Shown piece by piece: positions 18,889-27,785 of a DNA stretch of 64,000 bases (its first letter is position 1; each line of letters starts with the position of its first letter). The translations under genes and the position numbers were made by a program. The stretch spans positions 7,551-71,550 of the forward strand of contig CAVTOP010000017.1 of the NCBI GenBank assembly GCA_963736275.1. Reading direction: 5' to 3'. The stretch comes from an uncultured Alphaproteobacteria bacterium. GTDB lineage: Bacteria; Pseudomonadota; Alphaproteobacteria; Rhizobiales; Xanthobacteraceae. The notes below the pieces were generated by a model. It did not search any database, was not told where the DNA came from, and was given only the letters and a program-made list of their open reading frames with translations.

Positions 18889-20250
18889 CTACTGCTTCGA
18901 CTTCTTCAGCTTTTGGATCAGCTGCTGATTTTTCAGGTTTTGGATCAGCTGCTCGGTCCGCGTCTGGCTGATGCGCACCAGCGGCGGCGGAAAATACTTT
19001 CCGTCCGTGACATCCTTGGTCGGGCCATAAAAGCGGTAGGTCATGTTGTATTTCTTGCCCTGCGGCGTCGGCAGCCAGTTCGACTCCGGAACGCCCTCGG
19101 GCTGTTTCGGTGCAAACGCAAGCGTGAGCGAGCCGTCGTCGTCGAATTGCAATGCCGACTGCTTGTTGAGCAGGACCCGGTTGAGAGCATTCGGGATGAC
19201 CTTGTAGTCGACGGCATCGACCACGATCACCGACCAGAAATAACGCGTCTTCGTTCGCGGCAGCGCATCTTTCGGGAAGGTCTGCGTATAGCTCTGGCTG
19301 CCGTCGAGCCCCTGCCCGGCGAAATAGACGACTTCCTTGCTGTTGTTGGCCCATATCCCGGCATAATTCGTGATGGTGCGCATCGCATAGTCGGTGCGGT
19401 AATTACCGATCACGCGCGGTCGCATCCATCCATTCTCCGCCTTACCCATTTTCAGGATCTCGCCGTGAAACGCGGGAATGGCCTGCTTACGAATCACCTC
19501 GTCGATGCGCGCGCGTTGCGTCCGGTCCACCGCGGCTTTGGCGATCGCGCTCGCCTTCTCGCGCACGTCGATCATGCCGGGATTGATGTCGGCCTCACTT
19601 GCAAGGATCGCCTCGGTCTTGTCGAAGGCTTCGACGCCGGGAAGCGCGCTGTTGGTGAAACTCGGTTTCACGACGGCTTCATCGATGACCGGCTTGCCGG
19701 TCGCCTTCATCGTCACCTTCTTCTGCAGGGCGATTGCATTCTCGGGATGGGCGCCGAGCTCGATCCGCATCAGGATGCGCGACTTCGGGTTTGGCAGGTT
19801 GACGCGTTGCGTGCCCTTCGGCAGGACGGCGACCGTCTTCTTGAGACAAAAGGCGAATTTTCCCGACGGATGCTTGGGGAAATTCCGTTCGTTGATGTTG
19901 GCGGTCACTTCACCCCAGCCGTTGAGCGCCTGCACGGTGAAATAACGGCCCTTGATCTCGGGAAGTTCGATGAGGGTGCAGCTCTTCTCGTCGAGCGCGA
20001 TCCAGGCCTCGCTATAGACGACGTCGAGGTTGGGATTTGCCCAGTCGACACCGCCGGGAGCGCGGTGGATGATCTCGTTCCACTTGAAGCCTTCCTTGAA
20101 ATCGAGGTTTTCCTGGCGGAGCACCAGCAGGCGGCCGAGCAGGTATTCGTAGGCTTCGACGATGTCACGGTCGGCAAGACGTGCGGGTTGCGCGTTCGCC
20201 GGCATAACAATGGCGAAGGCCGAAAGCGCCGCGAGAATGACTTGCTTCAT
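18889..20250 (-). CDS. DUF1254/DUF1214 family exported protein
   Basis: NPNLDVVYSEAWI and FWSVIVVD...MTYRFYGP. RBS aggggagg before ATG 20250. Confidence 0.86.
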   Translation of the reverse strand: MKQVILAALSAFAIVMPANAQPARLADRDIVEAYEYLLGRLLVLRQENLDFKEGFKWNEIIHRAPGGVDWANPNLDVVYSEAWIALDEKSCTLIELPEIKGRYFTVQALNGWGEVTANINERNFPKHPSGKFAFCLKKTVAVLPKGTQRVNLPNPKSRILMRIELGAHPENAIALQKKVTMKATGKPVIDEAVVKPSFTNSALPGVEAFDKTEAILASEADINPGMIDVREKASAIAKAAVDRTQRARIDEVIRKQAIPAFHGEILKMGKAENGWMRPRVIGNYRTDYAMRTITNYAGIWANNSKEVVYFAGQGLDGSQSYTQTFPKDALPRTKTRYFWSVIVVDAVDYKVIPNALNRVLLNKQSALQFDDDGSLTLAFAPKQPEGVPESNWLPTPQGKKYNMTYRFYGPTKDVTDGKYFPPPLVRISQTRTEQLIQNLKNQQLIQKLKKSKQ

Positions 20251-20279
20251 GGTCCTCCCCTTCTGCACGCTGAGCATAC

Positions 20280-21305
20280 TCAATTCACGGCCTTTGCCTC
20301 CGGGAATTTCCATTTGCCGCTCAGGATTTCGTCACGTGGACGATAGAGCCGCACCATGTAATTCCAGCCCTGCATCGTCGGAATACAGTTCGGAATTTTG
20401 CCGTCGCAACCGCCGAATTGGATTGCGGCTGATCCATCCGCACTTTTCTTAGCAGTGATGCTGTTGAGCGAATACGCGTTGTACTGATTCTTTTTCAGGT
20501 GGCCTTCGGCGTCATAGACGATGACCGACCAGAACGCGTTGACCGGCACCTTTGCCGGAACACTCAATCTGTAGATCGTTTTGCCGTCGTTCCTGTCCGG
20601 CGTGACATTGAGGTAGAGCGCATCCTTGTCCGGATTTCCTCCCCAAGCGGCGGCCGTTGCGATCAGGTGCCTCACCTGATCAACCTGAAACCGCGCACCG
20701 AAAGCCCTTCGCAGGTCAGGGAGGCCCGAATTCAGCGCCAGCAGCGAATCGCGCACCTTCTTCTGGCTGACCGGATCCCAGTTCGGCGTCTCGAAGCGCC
20801 CGGCACTCTTTTGCCTGACAATGACCGCATCCTGCAATGCGTGCGCATCTTTCATGTCTTTCGGATTGGCAGGGTCGACAAGAATCCGCATCGCCATGAA
20901 AACGTAGCGCGTCCCGACTTCGGCTCTGGTGAAATTGTAATTTCCGGGTGTGTAATCGACTTCGTACACATAGTGGTCTTCGTTGACCACCATCATCGAC
21001 ATGAAGCGATTGCCTGCTTTCGGCAAGGTAATCCGCACCGGCCCGGCGTCGAGATCGAACACCGCCTCGGAATAGAGCGTATCACGATTGGGACGCACAC
21101 CGGTGCCTTCGAGCGGCAACTCGCGGAGGTGGATGAACTTTCCGAGCGCGCCCCGCTTGGCGAACATCGCGAAATACATGTCGGTCTCGGCGCGGTTGAA
21201 ATTGTCGGCCGTGACGGGAATGACGCGGCCAACGGGCGATTGCCCATATGCGCCGCCCATCACACCGCAAATCGCGAGTGCCGCAAGAACCCCCCACCTC
21301 ATCAT
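20280..21305 (-). CDS. DUF1254/DUF1214 family exported protein
   Basis: VTADNFNRAETD, RPNRDTLYSEAVFDL, FWSVIVY and WNYMVRLYRP. Confidence 0.9.
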   Translation of the reverse strand: MMRWGVLAALAICGVMGGAYGQSPVGRVIPVTADNFNRAETDMYFAMFAKRGALGKFIHLRELPLEGTGVRPNRDTLYSEAVFDLDAGPVRITLPKAGNRFMSMMVVNEDHYVYEVDYTPGNYNFTRAEVGTRYVFMAMRILVDPANPKDMKDAHALQDAVIVRQKSAGRFETPNWDPVSQKKVRDSLLALNSGLPDLRRAFGARFQVDQVRHLIATAAAWGGNPDKDALYLNVTPDRNDGKTIYRLSVPAKVPVNAFWSVIVYDAEGHLKKNQYNAYSLNSITAKKSADGSAAIQFGGCDGKIPNCIPTMQGWNYMVRLYRPRDEILSGKWKFPEAKAVN

Positions 21306-21430
21306 CCTTCTCCGCTATCTGCTCGACGCCTGCGCTGGATTCTTGAGCGAATTCTTCAACGCCAGGTTTCGCCGCTACGCATAGCGCAGGACTCTACATC
21401 ATGCTGGGATATTTGGCGCGCCGGCGTCGA

Positions 21431-21446
21431 TTGGACCGAGGTCCAA
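21431..21446. promoter_or_regulatory. TTGGAC-N4-GTCCAA operator-like palindrome, site 1
   Basis: gtcga-TTGGAC-cgag-GTCCAA, 126 bp upstream of the DUF1254 operon. Confidence 0.7.
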
Positions 21447-21478
21447 CCGAAACTGCCGATCGCAAAATTTCCGATTCA

Positions 21479-22030
21479 CTTTTCAAACAGCCGATGTCGC
21501 TTGGAGCAAGCGCCATCGCCCGTATTCTTTGTCGAGGCCCCGGGCAGGCCCGTCTTCCCTTTGTCTCTCTCCCCTCCGGATGCGAGGGGATGGCGCGCCA
21601 GGGGGCGCTGCCGTAATCGGTTCAATATCCGCATCTCCTTGCGAAGATGCGGAAGCGCCTCCCGGCGCGCCACCCGGACAGTCTTATGTCCGGGCTCATT
21701 TGCGGCCGTCTTCTTCCGCTTCGCCCAATGTCGGAAGCGGAACTGCTGCGCCGGGCCGCGCTTTGCGTTTTCGCGCCTTTGGCTTGCCGCTCCTTCCCCA
21801 CGTTCGCCGGCCCCTTGTGAGTAGCCATTGAGCGTCAGGCGCTTGCGGCAGGCTGCCGGCGGTACTCTGCGTCAGCCAGCTCCTGGCAGGCGGCTCCTAT
21901 TGGCCACCGGGCGGAGCCCCGGCGCCGCCCGGGTGCTTGGGAGGAGCGTTCGTCTCCCGCCCGCGGGCGCCGCATCCGGCTCCATCATCAGACGCCTCTA
22001 GATGACGCCCCTCGATTGAGCCGGACCTGA
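21479..22030. ncRNA. Candidate long structured non-coding element (structured RNA or non-autonomous mobile repeat)
   Basis: At least eight stems in ~550 nt with no credible CDS. Stems are listed in the findings. Confidence 0.45.
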
Positions 22031-22259
22031 TGTGACTACTATCCTATAGGAATAAAGTCAAGAGGCGGTTTGGCTTTCGGTCCGTTACGGAATGCGGTGG
22101 CAGGTTACTCTCGTGCGAACAACTGGCCGCTGAAAGCAAATCTTTGGCGCCGCACAACAGGACGCGCGTCTCGAACTTCCCGTAGATACAGCCGTCCAAC
22201 GATGACGGTCCTGACGCCGCGCCATTCGGTGAAGCGTGGGACACAATGGAAACGTCCCG

Positions 22260-22457
22260 ATGATTGATGTCGATAGTCCACCCCTGGCGCCCATCTGCGC
22301 CGCATGCGGCACGCACTTGATGCTGACCCCCAGCGGCCATCCTTTTTGTACCGATCCGACCTGCACGGACGGATTTGGTACCGACATTCTCCGTCAACTT
22401 TTCGGTGCCGCGCTCAACACCAAGCCGATCAACCTCCACCGGAAACAATCGCGATAA
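22260..22457 (+). CDS. Possible small zinc-ribbon protein
   Basis: CAAC and CTDPTC motifs in a 65 aa ORF; no family recognised. Confidence 0.3.
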   Translation: MIDVDSPPLAPICAACGTHLMLTPSGHPFCTDPTCTDGFGTDILRQLFGAALNTKPINLHRKQSR

Positions 22458-22534
22458 CGTACGCGTTCTTGCGGCCCCGTCGCGCGTCGTTACGCCACCG
22501 GCAGCCATGAAGCGACAAGCGAAGTCGGCACCTG

Positions 22535-22714
22535 TTACCTCTGGTTTGCGTCCAGTTCCTTGATGACTGTTTGAGCGTTGTCGCCGACTTTGGCAATCGC
22601 GGCTTCGATCTCAAGGCGCGACTTTTTCAGACGCTTGCACCAGTGACGCGTCATATCCTCGCTGGATATGTCGACACGATTTCTCGCCGGCTTCGCGGCT
22701 GAAGCTTTCACCAT
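22535..22714 (-). CDS. DUF3606 family small protein
   Basis: RVDISSE...HWCKRL...LEIEAAIAKVGDNAQTV. Confidence 0.72.
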   Translation of the reverse strand: MVKASAAKPARNRVDISSEDMTRHWCKRLKKSRLEIEAAIAKVGDNAQTVIKELDANQR

Positions 22715-22749
22715 GATTGACGGTCCTTTGTGATCATAGACAAGCGGCG

Positions 22750-22813
22750 AATTGTCTTTTTGTTCCTTGTTCCCCCGGCCTGCAGGGAACGACCGCGGTT
22801 CAACCGAATTGTT
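22750..22813. promoter_or_regulatory. Possible divergent sigma-EcfG (general stress) promoters
   Basis: GGAAC-N17-ATT toward csbD (from 22786) and GGAAC-N16-ATT toward DUF3606 (from 22773). CsbD genes are typical EcfG targets. Confidence 0.35.
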
Positions 22814-22868
22814 TGGCATATGCCAACGCACCAAAAGGCGGCGCGTCAAACAACACAGGAGATGAGCC

Positions 22869-23072
22869 ATGGATTGGAATCGCGTCGAGGGAAACTGGAA
22901 ACAGTTCAAAGGCAAGGTCAAAGAGAAGTGGGGTGATCTCACCGACGACGACCTGGACACGATCAACGGGCAGCGCGATCAGCTCGAGGGAGTGATCCAG
23001 GAACGCTACGGCATCGCAAAAGATCAAGTCAGAAAAGACGTCGATGCCTGGCTGGAAGGGGAAAAGGTGTAA
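22869..23072 (+). CDS. CsbD family stress protein
   Basis: MDWNRVEGNWKQFKGKVKEKWGDLTDDDL...RDQLEGVIQERYGIAKDQ. Confidence 0.92.
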   Translation: MDWNRVEGNWKQFKGKVKEKWGDLTDDDLDTINGQRDQLEGVIQERYGIAKDQVRKDVDAWLEGEKV

Positions 23073-23075
23073 AGC

Positions 23076-23581
23076 CAAGACAACTGCCAGGTGGCGGTGT
23101 CGCTGTCGCTTGCCAATCGCTACACGAGCCTGCCGGTGGCCTACCGTCTGTATCTGCCGGAAGACTGGTCGCAGGACAGCAACCGGCGGCGCAAGACGGG
23201 CGTGCCTGAGGATGTCCGCTTCAAGACCAAGCCCGAGATCGCGCTGGAGCAGATCGCGGCCGCCTGCAAGGCCGGCCTTCCTCTCGGCGTGGTGCTGATG
23301 GACGCGGGCTATGGCTGCAACACCGACCTGCGCACCGGAGTCAGTGCGCTCGGATTGCGCTATGTGGCTGGCATCCTGCCGAACACCTCTGTGTGGACAT
23401 CGGGCACGGGGCCGTTGCCGCCCAGAAAATGGTCGGGCCGGGGGCGTCCACCGAAGCTCATCCGCCGGGACGACAAGCATCGACCGGTCTCGGTCAAGCA
23501 ATTGGCTCTCGGCTTGCCAAAGCGCGCTTGGCGCACGATCCAGTGGCGCGAGGGGACGGCTGAGTGGCTGTCCTCGCGCTT
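23076..23581 (+). mobile_element. IS701-family transposase internal fragment
   Basis: NCQVAVSLSLA...LPVAYRLYLPEDW...FKTKPEIALEQI...VLMDAGYG...WREGT..WLSSR. Both termini are missing. Confidence 0.87.
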
Positions 23582-23658
23582 AGAGCGTCGTTTCACGAAC
23601 ATCAGGCATTGGCGGACATTGCTGCCGGGCAATGTCCGCTTTGCTGCATACGTTCCCG

Positions 23659-24600
23659 TCAAAACGGGTTGACGTAGTTCACGATCGCGATCTGCCGCAG
23701 GATCACTTTGCGGATGATATGGCTCGGCTTGATGTGGTCGGTGTAGATCGCCGCGGCGCCGGCGGTGCCGGCCGGCAGGCTGGCGGCGAGCTTGGGGTCG
23801 TCGAGCTTGACGCGAACGACAAATGGCGCCGCCGTGACTTGCCTCGGCGTCACGGCCGTACCCGAAGCGAGAACCTGGCCTGTCGACGTCGCCTGCAAGA
23901 CGGCGTCGACCTTGCCGTTGAAGACCTGGCCGGGGAATAGCTTGAACGTCACCTCAACCTCCTGGCCGGGCCGGATGTAGCGGGTATAGATCTGCGGGAT
24001 CTCGACCCCGACGACCGTCTCGGACGTGTCGATGAAGGCCATCACGGGCGAGAGCGGCAGGCTCGCAACGCGCGCGCCCTTCATAAGTCCGACATTGGTG
24101 ACGTAACCGTCGGCTGGAGCACGCACGACGGTCTGGTCGAGGTTGTATTTTGCGCCAAGAAGCTGTCCCTTGAGCTTGTCGACATCGGCCTGGCGCTGCT
24201 CGACATCAAAGGCGCGGCCGGCGTCGCTGAGTTGCAATTGCGTCATCTGGGAGAGCCGCAATTCCTCGAACTTGACTTGCGCGCCGATGGCATCGACCTG
24301 CGCCTGGTAAGGGATTGGATCGATCTTGAACAACACGTCGCCCGCCTTGAGCGGCTTGTTGGGCTCGACCGGGACCTCCGTCACCTCCCCCGCCACGTTG
24401 GGAACGATCTGCACCGAATTGCGCACCACCAGCGCCACACCCTGCGGAGCGCCCCACCCCATCGGAATAAAGAGCCCAAACATCAGCAACAGAAGAACAA
24501 TGAGCGGCGAGCACTTCCAGAACAGGTTGAAGGGGACGATCTTGGTCTTCACCAGGATAAAGAGGATGACGAGATAGACGTTCAGGATGGCGACAATCAT
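23659..24600 (-). CDS. HlyD/EmrA-like membrane fusion protein
   Basis: VPNVAGEVTEV, GDVLFKIDP and VRAPADGYVTN. ATGA overlap with DUF3302. Confidence 0.9.
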   Translation of the reverse strand: MIVAILNVYLVILFILVKTKIVPFNLFWKCSPLIVLLLLMFGLFIPMGWGAPQGVALVVRNSVQIVPNVAGEVTEVPVEPNKPLKAGDVLFKIDPIPYQAQVDAIGAQVKFEELRLSQMTQLQLSDAGRAFDVEQRQADVDKLKGQLLGAKYNLDQTVVRAPADGYVTNVGLMKGARVASLPLSPVMAFIDTSETVVGVEIPQIYTRYIRPGQEVEVTFKLFPGQVFNGKVDAVLQATSTGQVLASGTAVTPRQVTAAPFVVRVKLDDPKLAASLPAGTAGAAAIYTDHIKPSHIIRKVILRQIAIVNYVNPF

Positions 24601-24833
24601 CGTGCCGCCTCCCCCTTGCGCGCCGGAATGTCGACATAGGCCCAGATCAGGGCCACCGGCCACAGCGCAAACCCACAGATCAGCGTCACCCAGCCTGCGA
24701 CGGTGACGGCCTGCGCCCACGGATGGCCGCGGCTTTTGGCGATGTGTCCAGGCAGCGAACCGGCGATGAAGAATATCGCGATCCCGCTTGCCACGAGAAT
24801 GAGAAGGACGATCCAGGCGAAGATATCGATCAT
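24597..24833 (-). CDS. DUF3302 family membrane protein
   Basis: LPGHIAKSRGHPWAQAVTVAGWVTL..GFALWPVALIWAY. Confidence 0.88.
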   Translation of the reverse strand: MIDIFAWIVLLILVASGIAIFFIAGSLPGHIAKSRGHPWAQAVTVAGWVTLICGFALWPVALIWAYVDIPARKGEAAR

Positions 24834-24955
24834 TGTTGTGCTCTGTTATCTCAGCGCCAGATCGTTTCCATGGCTCGTGACGTTCTCCCTTCTTTACAAC
24901 GCCCGTGAAGCGGCGCCCTCGCCGTCAGGGTCCGCTGAAGAAGAGCTCGCGCCTG

Positions 24956-25894
24956 TTATTTCTCGGTGTCGACCACCTTCTTCCAGGTGTGATCGGGGCT
25001 GAACGACGTCATGCGCGAGGCTGTTCGCGCCGTGCGGTCGCCGAGATCCTTTTGATAGATGTCGCCGTCATTGTTGATGATGAAGGTCATGATGCCGGAG
25101 TTGCCGTATTCCGCCGGATAGGCGACAAGCCCGAAACCGCCGATCATGTTGCCGTTGACGACATAGTCCACGGCGCCGCCGGGCGCGGTCGGGCCCTGGC
25201 GTGTCAGGAGCTTGAAGCGATAGCCGTTGAAAGGCTCGCCGGCGCCCGGGCGATAGCCGCGTTGCGTCGCCGCCGCGACCGCATCACCGAGCGGGCTTGG
25301 CTTTTCGTTTCCGCTCGTCGGCCAATAGAGCCCGTCCTTCTTGCCGGGCGAGCTGACGATCCGTTGCGCATAGACCGCCTGGCCGCTCTTGTCCTTGTTC
25401 ATGTCCGCAAATTCGTTCTGCGCGTCCCAGTAGGCGAGCATGGCTTTCAGGGTCGCGAGCTCGTTGCGGCCGATGCGGCGCGCCAGGATTTCCTCACGGC
25501 CGGCAACGGTATCGAAGGCCCATTGGCCGTCCTTTTGCGCCATCGGAATCGGGAACGGCCAGTTGTCGGGGCCCATCACCAGCGTGGCAGGCTTGCCGGG
25601 CTCGGAGACAATGCGATGCCCGGCGTCATAGGCCGCCAGGAATTCCTTTTTTATGTTCTCGTCCTCCACCGGATCGCCGGATGACACGATTTCCTGCGAT
25701 CCGGGGCCGAGGATCGTAAGCACCGACCTGCGGTCGCCGCTGCGTGCCGCGTTGATGAGCGCGTTAACGGCCTCCTGCGGCGTGCTGAAACGCTGCTGCG
25801 CCTGCGCCAGCGAGGACAGCGCGAGGATCAGCGTCGCCGCGCCGACCAGGATGGTGATCTTGCTCAAGAGACGAACGTGCTGTGATTTGATCAT
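24956..25894 (-). CDS. DUF2950 family exported protein
   Basis: FSTPQEAV, WPFPIP, EILARRIGRNE, DGLYWP, PFNGYRFKLL and PAEYGNSGIMTFI. Confidence 0.9.
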   Translation of the reverse strand: MIKSQHVRLLSKITILVGAATLILALSSLAQAQQRFSTPQEAVNALINAARSGDRRSVLTILGPGSQEIVSSGDPVEDENIKKEFLAAYDAGHRIVSEPGKPATLVMGPDNWPFPIPMAQKDGQWAFDTVAGREEILARRIGRNELATLKAMLAYWDAQNEFADMNKDKSGQAVYAQRIVSSPGKKDGLYWPTSGNEKPSPLGDAVAAATQRGYRPGAGEPFNGYRFKLLTRQGPTAPGGAVDYVVNGNMIGGFGLVAYPAEYGNSGIMTFIINNDGDIYQKDLGDRTARTASRMTSFSPDHTWKKVVDTEK

Positions 25895-25907
25895 GGCCGT
25901 TCACCTG

Positions 25908-27494
25908 TCAATGCGGTTGCGGAGCAGCGGACGGAATCCGCGCCCCCGTGGCGAGCCACTGGTCGTAGGTTTGGAATTGCAGCCCGAGCTTGTCGTAGAA
26001 GACGCGCAGGTAGCCGTCGTGACCGCGGATGACGGCATCGGGCGCAACGACCTGCACCTCCTGCGCCATCACGCCGACATAGGCCTTGTCGCTGCCGTTG
26101 TAGCTGAAGCGATAGTAGCCGAGTCCGTTGTCGAGATGGCCGAGCAAGGTGACGTCATGCTTGAGCGCGATGTCCGAGCGACGTCCGCCGCCCCCACCGC
26201 CACGGCCACCACCGCCGCCACCGCCGCGGCCGCCACCGCCACCGCCCATGCGCGCGCCACCACCGCCGCCGCCACGCGCGCCCATGCTTGCATGACCGCG
26301 TGATGCCGAGGCCATCGCGCTGCGGCCGCCACCGCCGCTGCCGGCGAAGGCATTGTGGCCGCCACCGCCAGGACGGGATGCACCTTTTTGTCCGCCGCCA
26401 GCCGGACGCGTTGCAGCTTTTTGACCGCCACCGCCGCCACCGGGCCGATTGCCGGCACCCGGACGGTCGCCGCCGCCGGGACGTTGCACGCCGCCACCAC
26501 CCGCACCGGGACGATTGCCGGCACCTGGGCGGTCGCCGGCGCCGCCCGGCCGCAACGCGGCCTGGCCGTTGTGACCGCGGAAGTCCGTGCGGTTACCTGC
26601 ACCGCCGCGGATGTTGTTGCCCTTGTTCATTCTGTCGGCGACGCCTTTGTTGTTGTAACGGACGCCATGCCGGTGATCGACGTTATGATTCCAGTTGCCA
26701 CCGCCGCCGCCTGGCCGATTGATGTTGATGTTATTGTTGTTCCAGTTGATGTTGGCGTTACCGCCCCAATAACCTCCGCCGCCGGCCCAGCGCCCGATCG
26801 CATAGCCCGCGCCGAATGCCAGACCCGCGCCCAAAACTGCGCCGCCATACGGCCAGTAGCTGGCGCCCCAGTAGTAAGGCGGATACGCCGGGTAACTCCA
26901 CGCGCCATAAACCACTGCCGGATCGTAGTAAGGCACGTACATGGTTTGCGGATCGCTCGGCTCGATCACGATCACCTGCTTGCTGCCTTCACTTTTCTTA
27001 GTGACTTTCTGCTGCTTTGTGGTCTGCAGCTTGTTGTTCGCGTCGGCTTTTGCGCGCAGCCGCTGAACGCCATCCATCACATCGGTCTGCTGCGCGAGCA
27101 TGGCGTCGCCGAGCTTTTGGGTCCAGTCGAGCTTGTCGCTCATCATGTCGAGCACTGACGGGGTCGCGACGAGCGAGGTCACGCTTTCATCCCACCCTTG
27201 TTTCTCGGCGGCAGCCTTCAGCGCATCGTCCTTGAGACCCTTGTTTTCCTTCGCCCATCGGCTCGCCTGGACGACCTCGAGTGGATAGGTTGCTGCCATC
27301 AGCACCTGGGACAGCAGCGTGTCCGGATAAAGCGCGACCGGCGAGAGGAGCGCATCGATTTCTCCGGGCTGAGCAGAAGTTATCCGTGCTGGAGCGCTCG
27401 CCGGTGCGGGACCCGGCTGGGTCTGCGCGCTTGCCACAGGGGCAACGGCAACAAACAGGATGAATGCCAGTGATTGCGCGAGGAATTTCGACAT
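25908..27494 (-). CDS. DUF3300 protein with Gly/Arg-rich region and C-terminal Peptidase S74 (intramolecular chaperone) domain
   Basis: PVALYPDTLLSQVLMAATYPLEV, WDESV and YVPYYDPAVVYG (DUF3300). RPGGG repeats. RSDIALKHD...YRFSY...GVMAQEV...V.Y. Confidence 0.88.
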   Translation of the reverse strand: MSKFLAQSLAFILFVAVAPVASAQTQPGPAPASAPARITSAQPGEIDALLSPVALYPDTLLSQVLMAATYPLEVVQASRWAKENKGLKDDALKAAAEKQGWDESVTSLVATPSVLDMMSDKLDWTQKLGDAMLAQQTDVMDGVQRLRAKADANNKLQTTKQQKVTKKSEGSKQVIVIEPSDPQTMYVPYYDPAVVYGAWSYPAYPPYYWGASYWPYGGAVLGAGLAFGAGYAIGRWAGGGGYWGGNANINWNNNNININRPGGGGGNWNHNVDHRHGVRYNNKGVADRMNKGNNIRGGAGNRTDFRGHNGQAALRPGGAGDRPGAGNRPGAGGGGVQRPGGGDRPGAGNRPGGGGGGQKAATRPAGGGQKGASRPGGGGHNAFAGSGGGGRSAMASASRGHASMGARGGGGGGARMGGGGGGRGGGGGGGRGGGGGGRRSDIALKHDVTLLGHLDNGLGYYRFSYNGSDKAYVGVMAQEVQVVAPDAVIRGHDGYLRVFYDKLGLQFQTYDQWLATGARIPSAAPQPH

Positions 27495-27556
27495 GGTCAC
27501 TCCCTCGGTTCGCCCATCGTCGAGCGAGCTCAATGTAATCTTAGTCTGCTCGCGGC

Positions 27557-27576
27557 GCCTTGACCTAGGTCAAGGC
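27557..27576 (-). promoter_or_regulatory. FNR/FixK-type box TTGA-N6-TCAA, class II position
   Basis: Perfect 20 bp palindrome gccttgacctaggtcaaggc. A -10-like TACATT at 27537-27532 puts the centre at -41.5 for the DUF3300 operon. Confidence 0.68.
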
Positions 27577-27602
27577 TAGAAAAAGAGCCGTGATTGATCG
27601 AG

Positions 27603-27618
27603 TTGGACCGAAGTCCAA
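27603..27618. promoter_or_regulatory. TTGGAC-N4-GTCCAA palindrome, site 2
   Basis: atcgag-TTGGAC-cgaa-GTCCAA, 109 bp upstream of DUF3300. Confidence 0.7.
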
Positions 27619-27672
27619 TAGCCGCCATCGGGGGCTAAAGTTTGACCCTGTCGAACTAACTCGATTCACTCC

Positions 27673-27778
27673 CCGCTCGTCCCCGCGAAAGCGGGGACCC
27701 AGAACCAAAAGCACTGGATCCCCGATAGGCGTGCGAAAGCACGCCGTCCTTCGGACGGCTATGCGCGGGAATGAGCGG
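27673..27778. repeat. Type-2 palindromic repeat carrying module B
   Basis: ccgctcgtccccgcgaaagcggggaccca...[ataggcgtgcgaaagcacgccgtccttcggacggctatg]cgcgggaatgagcgg. Confidence 0.88.
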
Positions 27779-27785
27779 AGAATGG

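Noticed and set aside
18900-18955. 24 nt tandem duplication at the DUF1254 C-terminus (QQLIQ.LK twice)
   Set aside because: It is a short local duplication in a non-conserved tail with no evidence of function.
18481-21824. Long plus-strand ORFs (621 aa and 441 aa)
   Set aside because: They are antisense shadows of the DUF1254 genes, with no motifs. The same applies to 9232-10734, 5130-6779, 56302-57816, 60083-61513 and similar ORFs; high GC suppresses stop codons.
27743-27759. cUUCGg RNA tetraloop in module B
   Set aside because: The stem register (and the 51392 variant) gives a C-ttc-G triloop; the UUCG register would break the stem.
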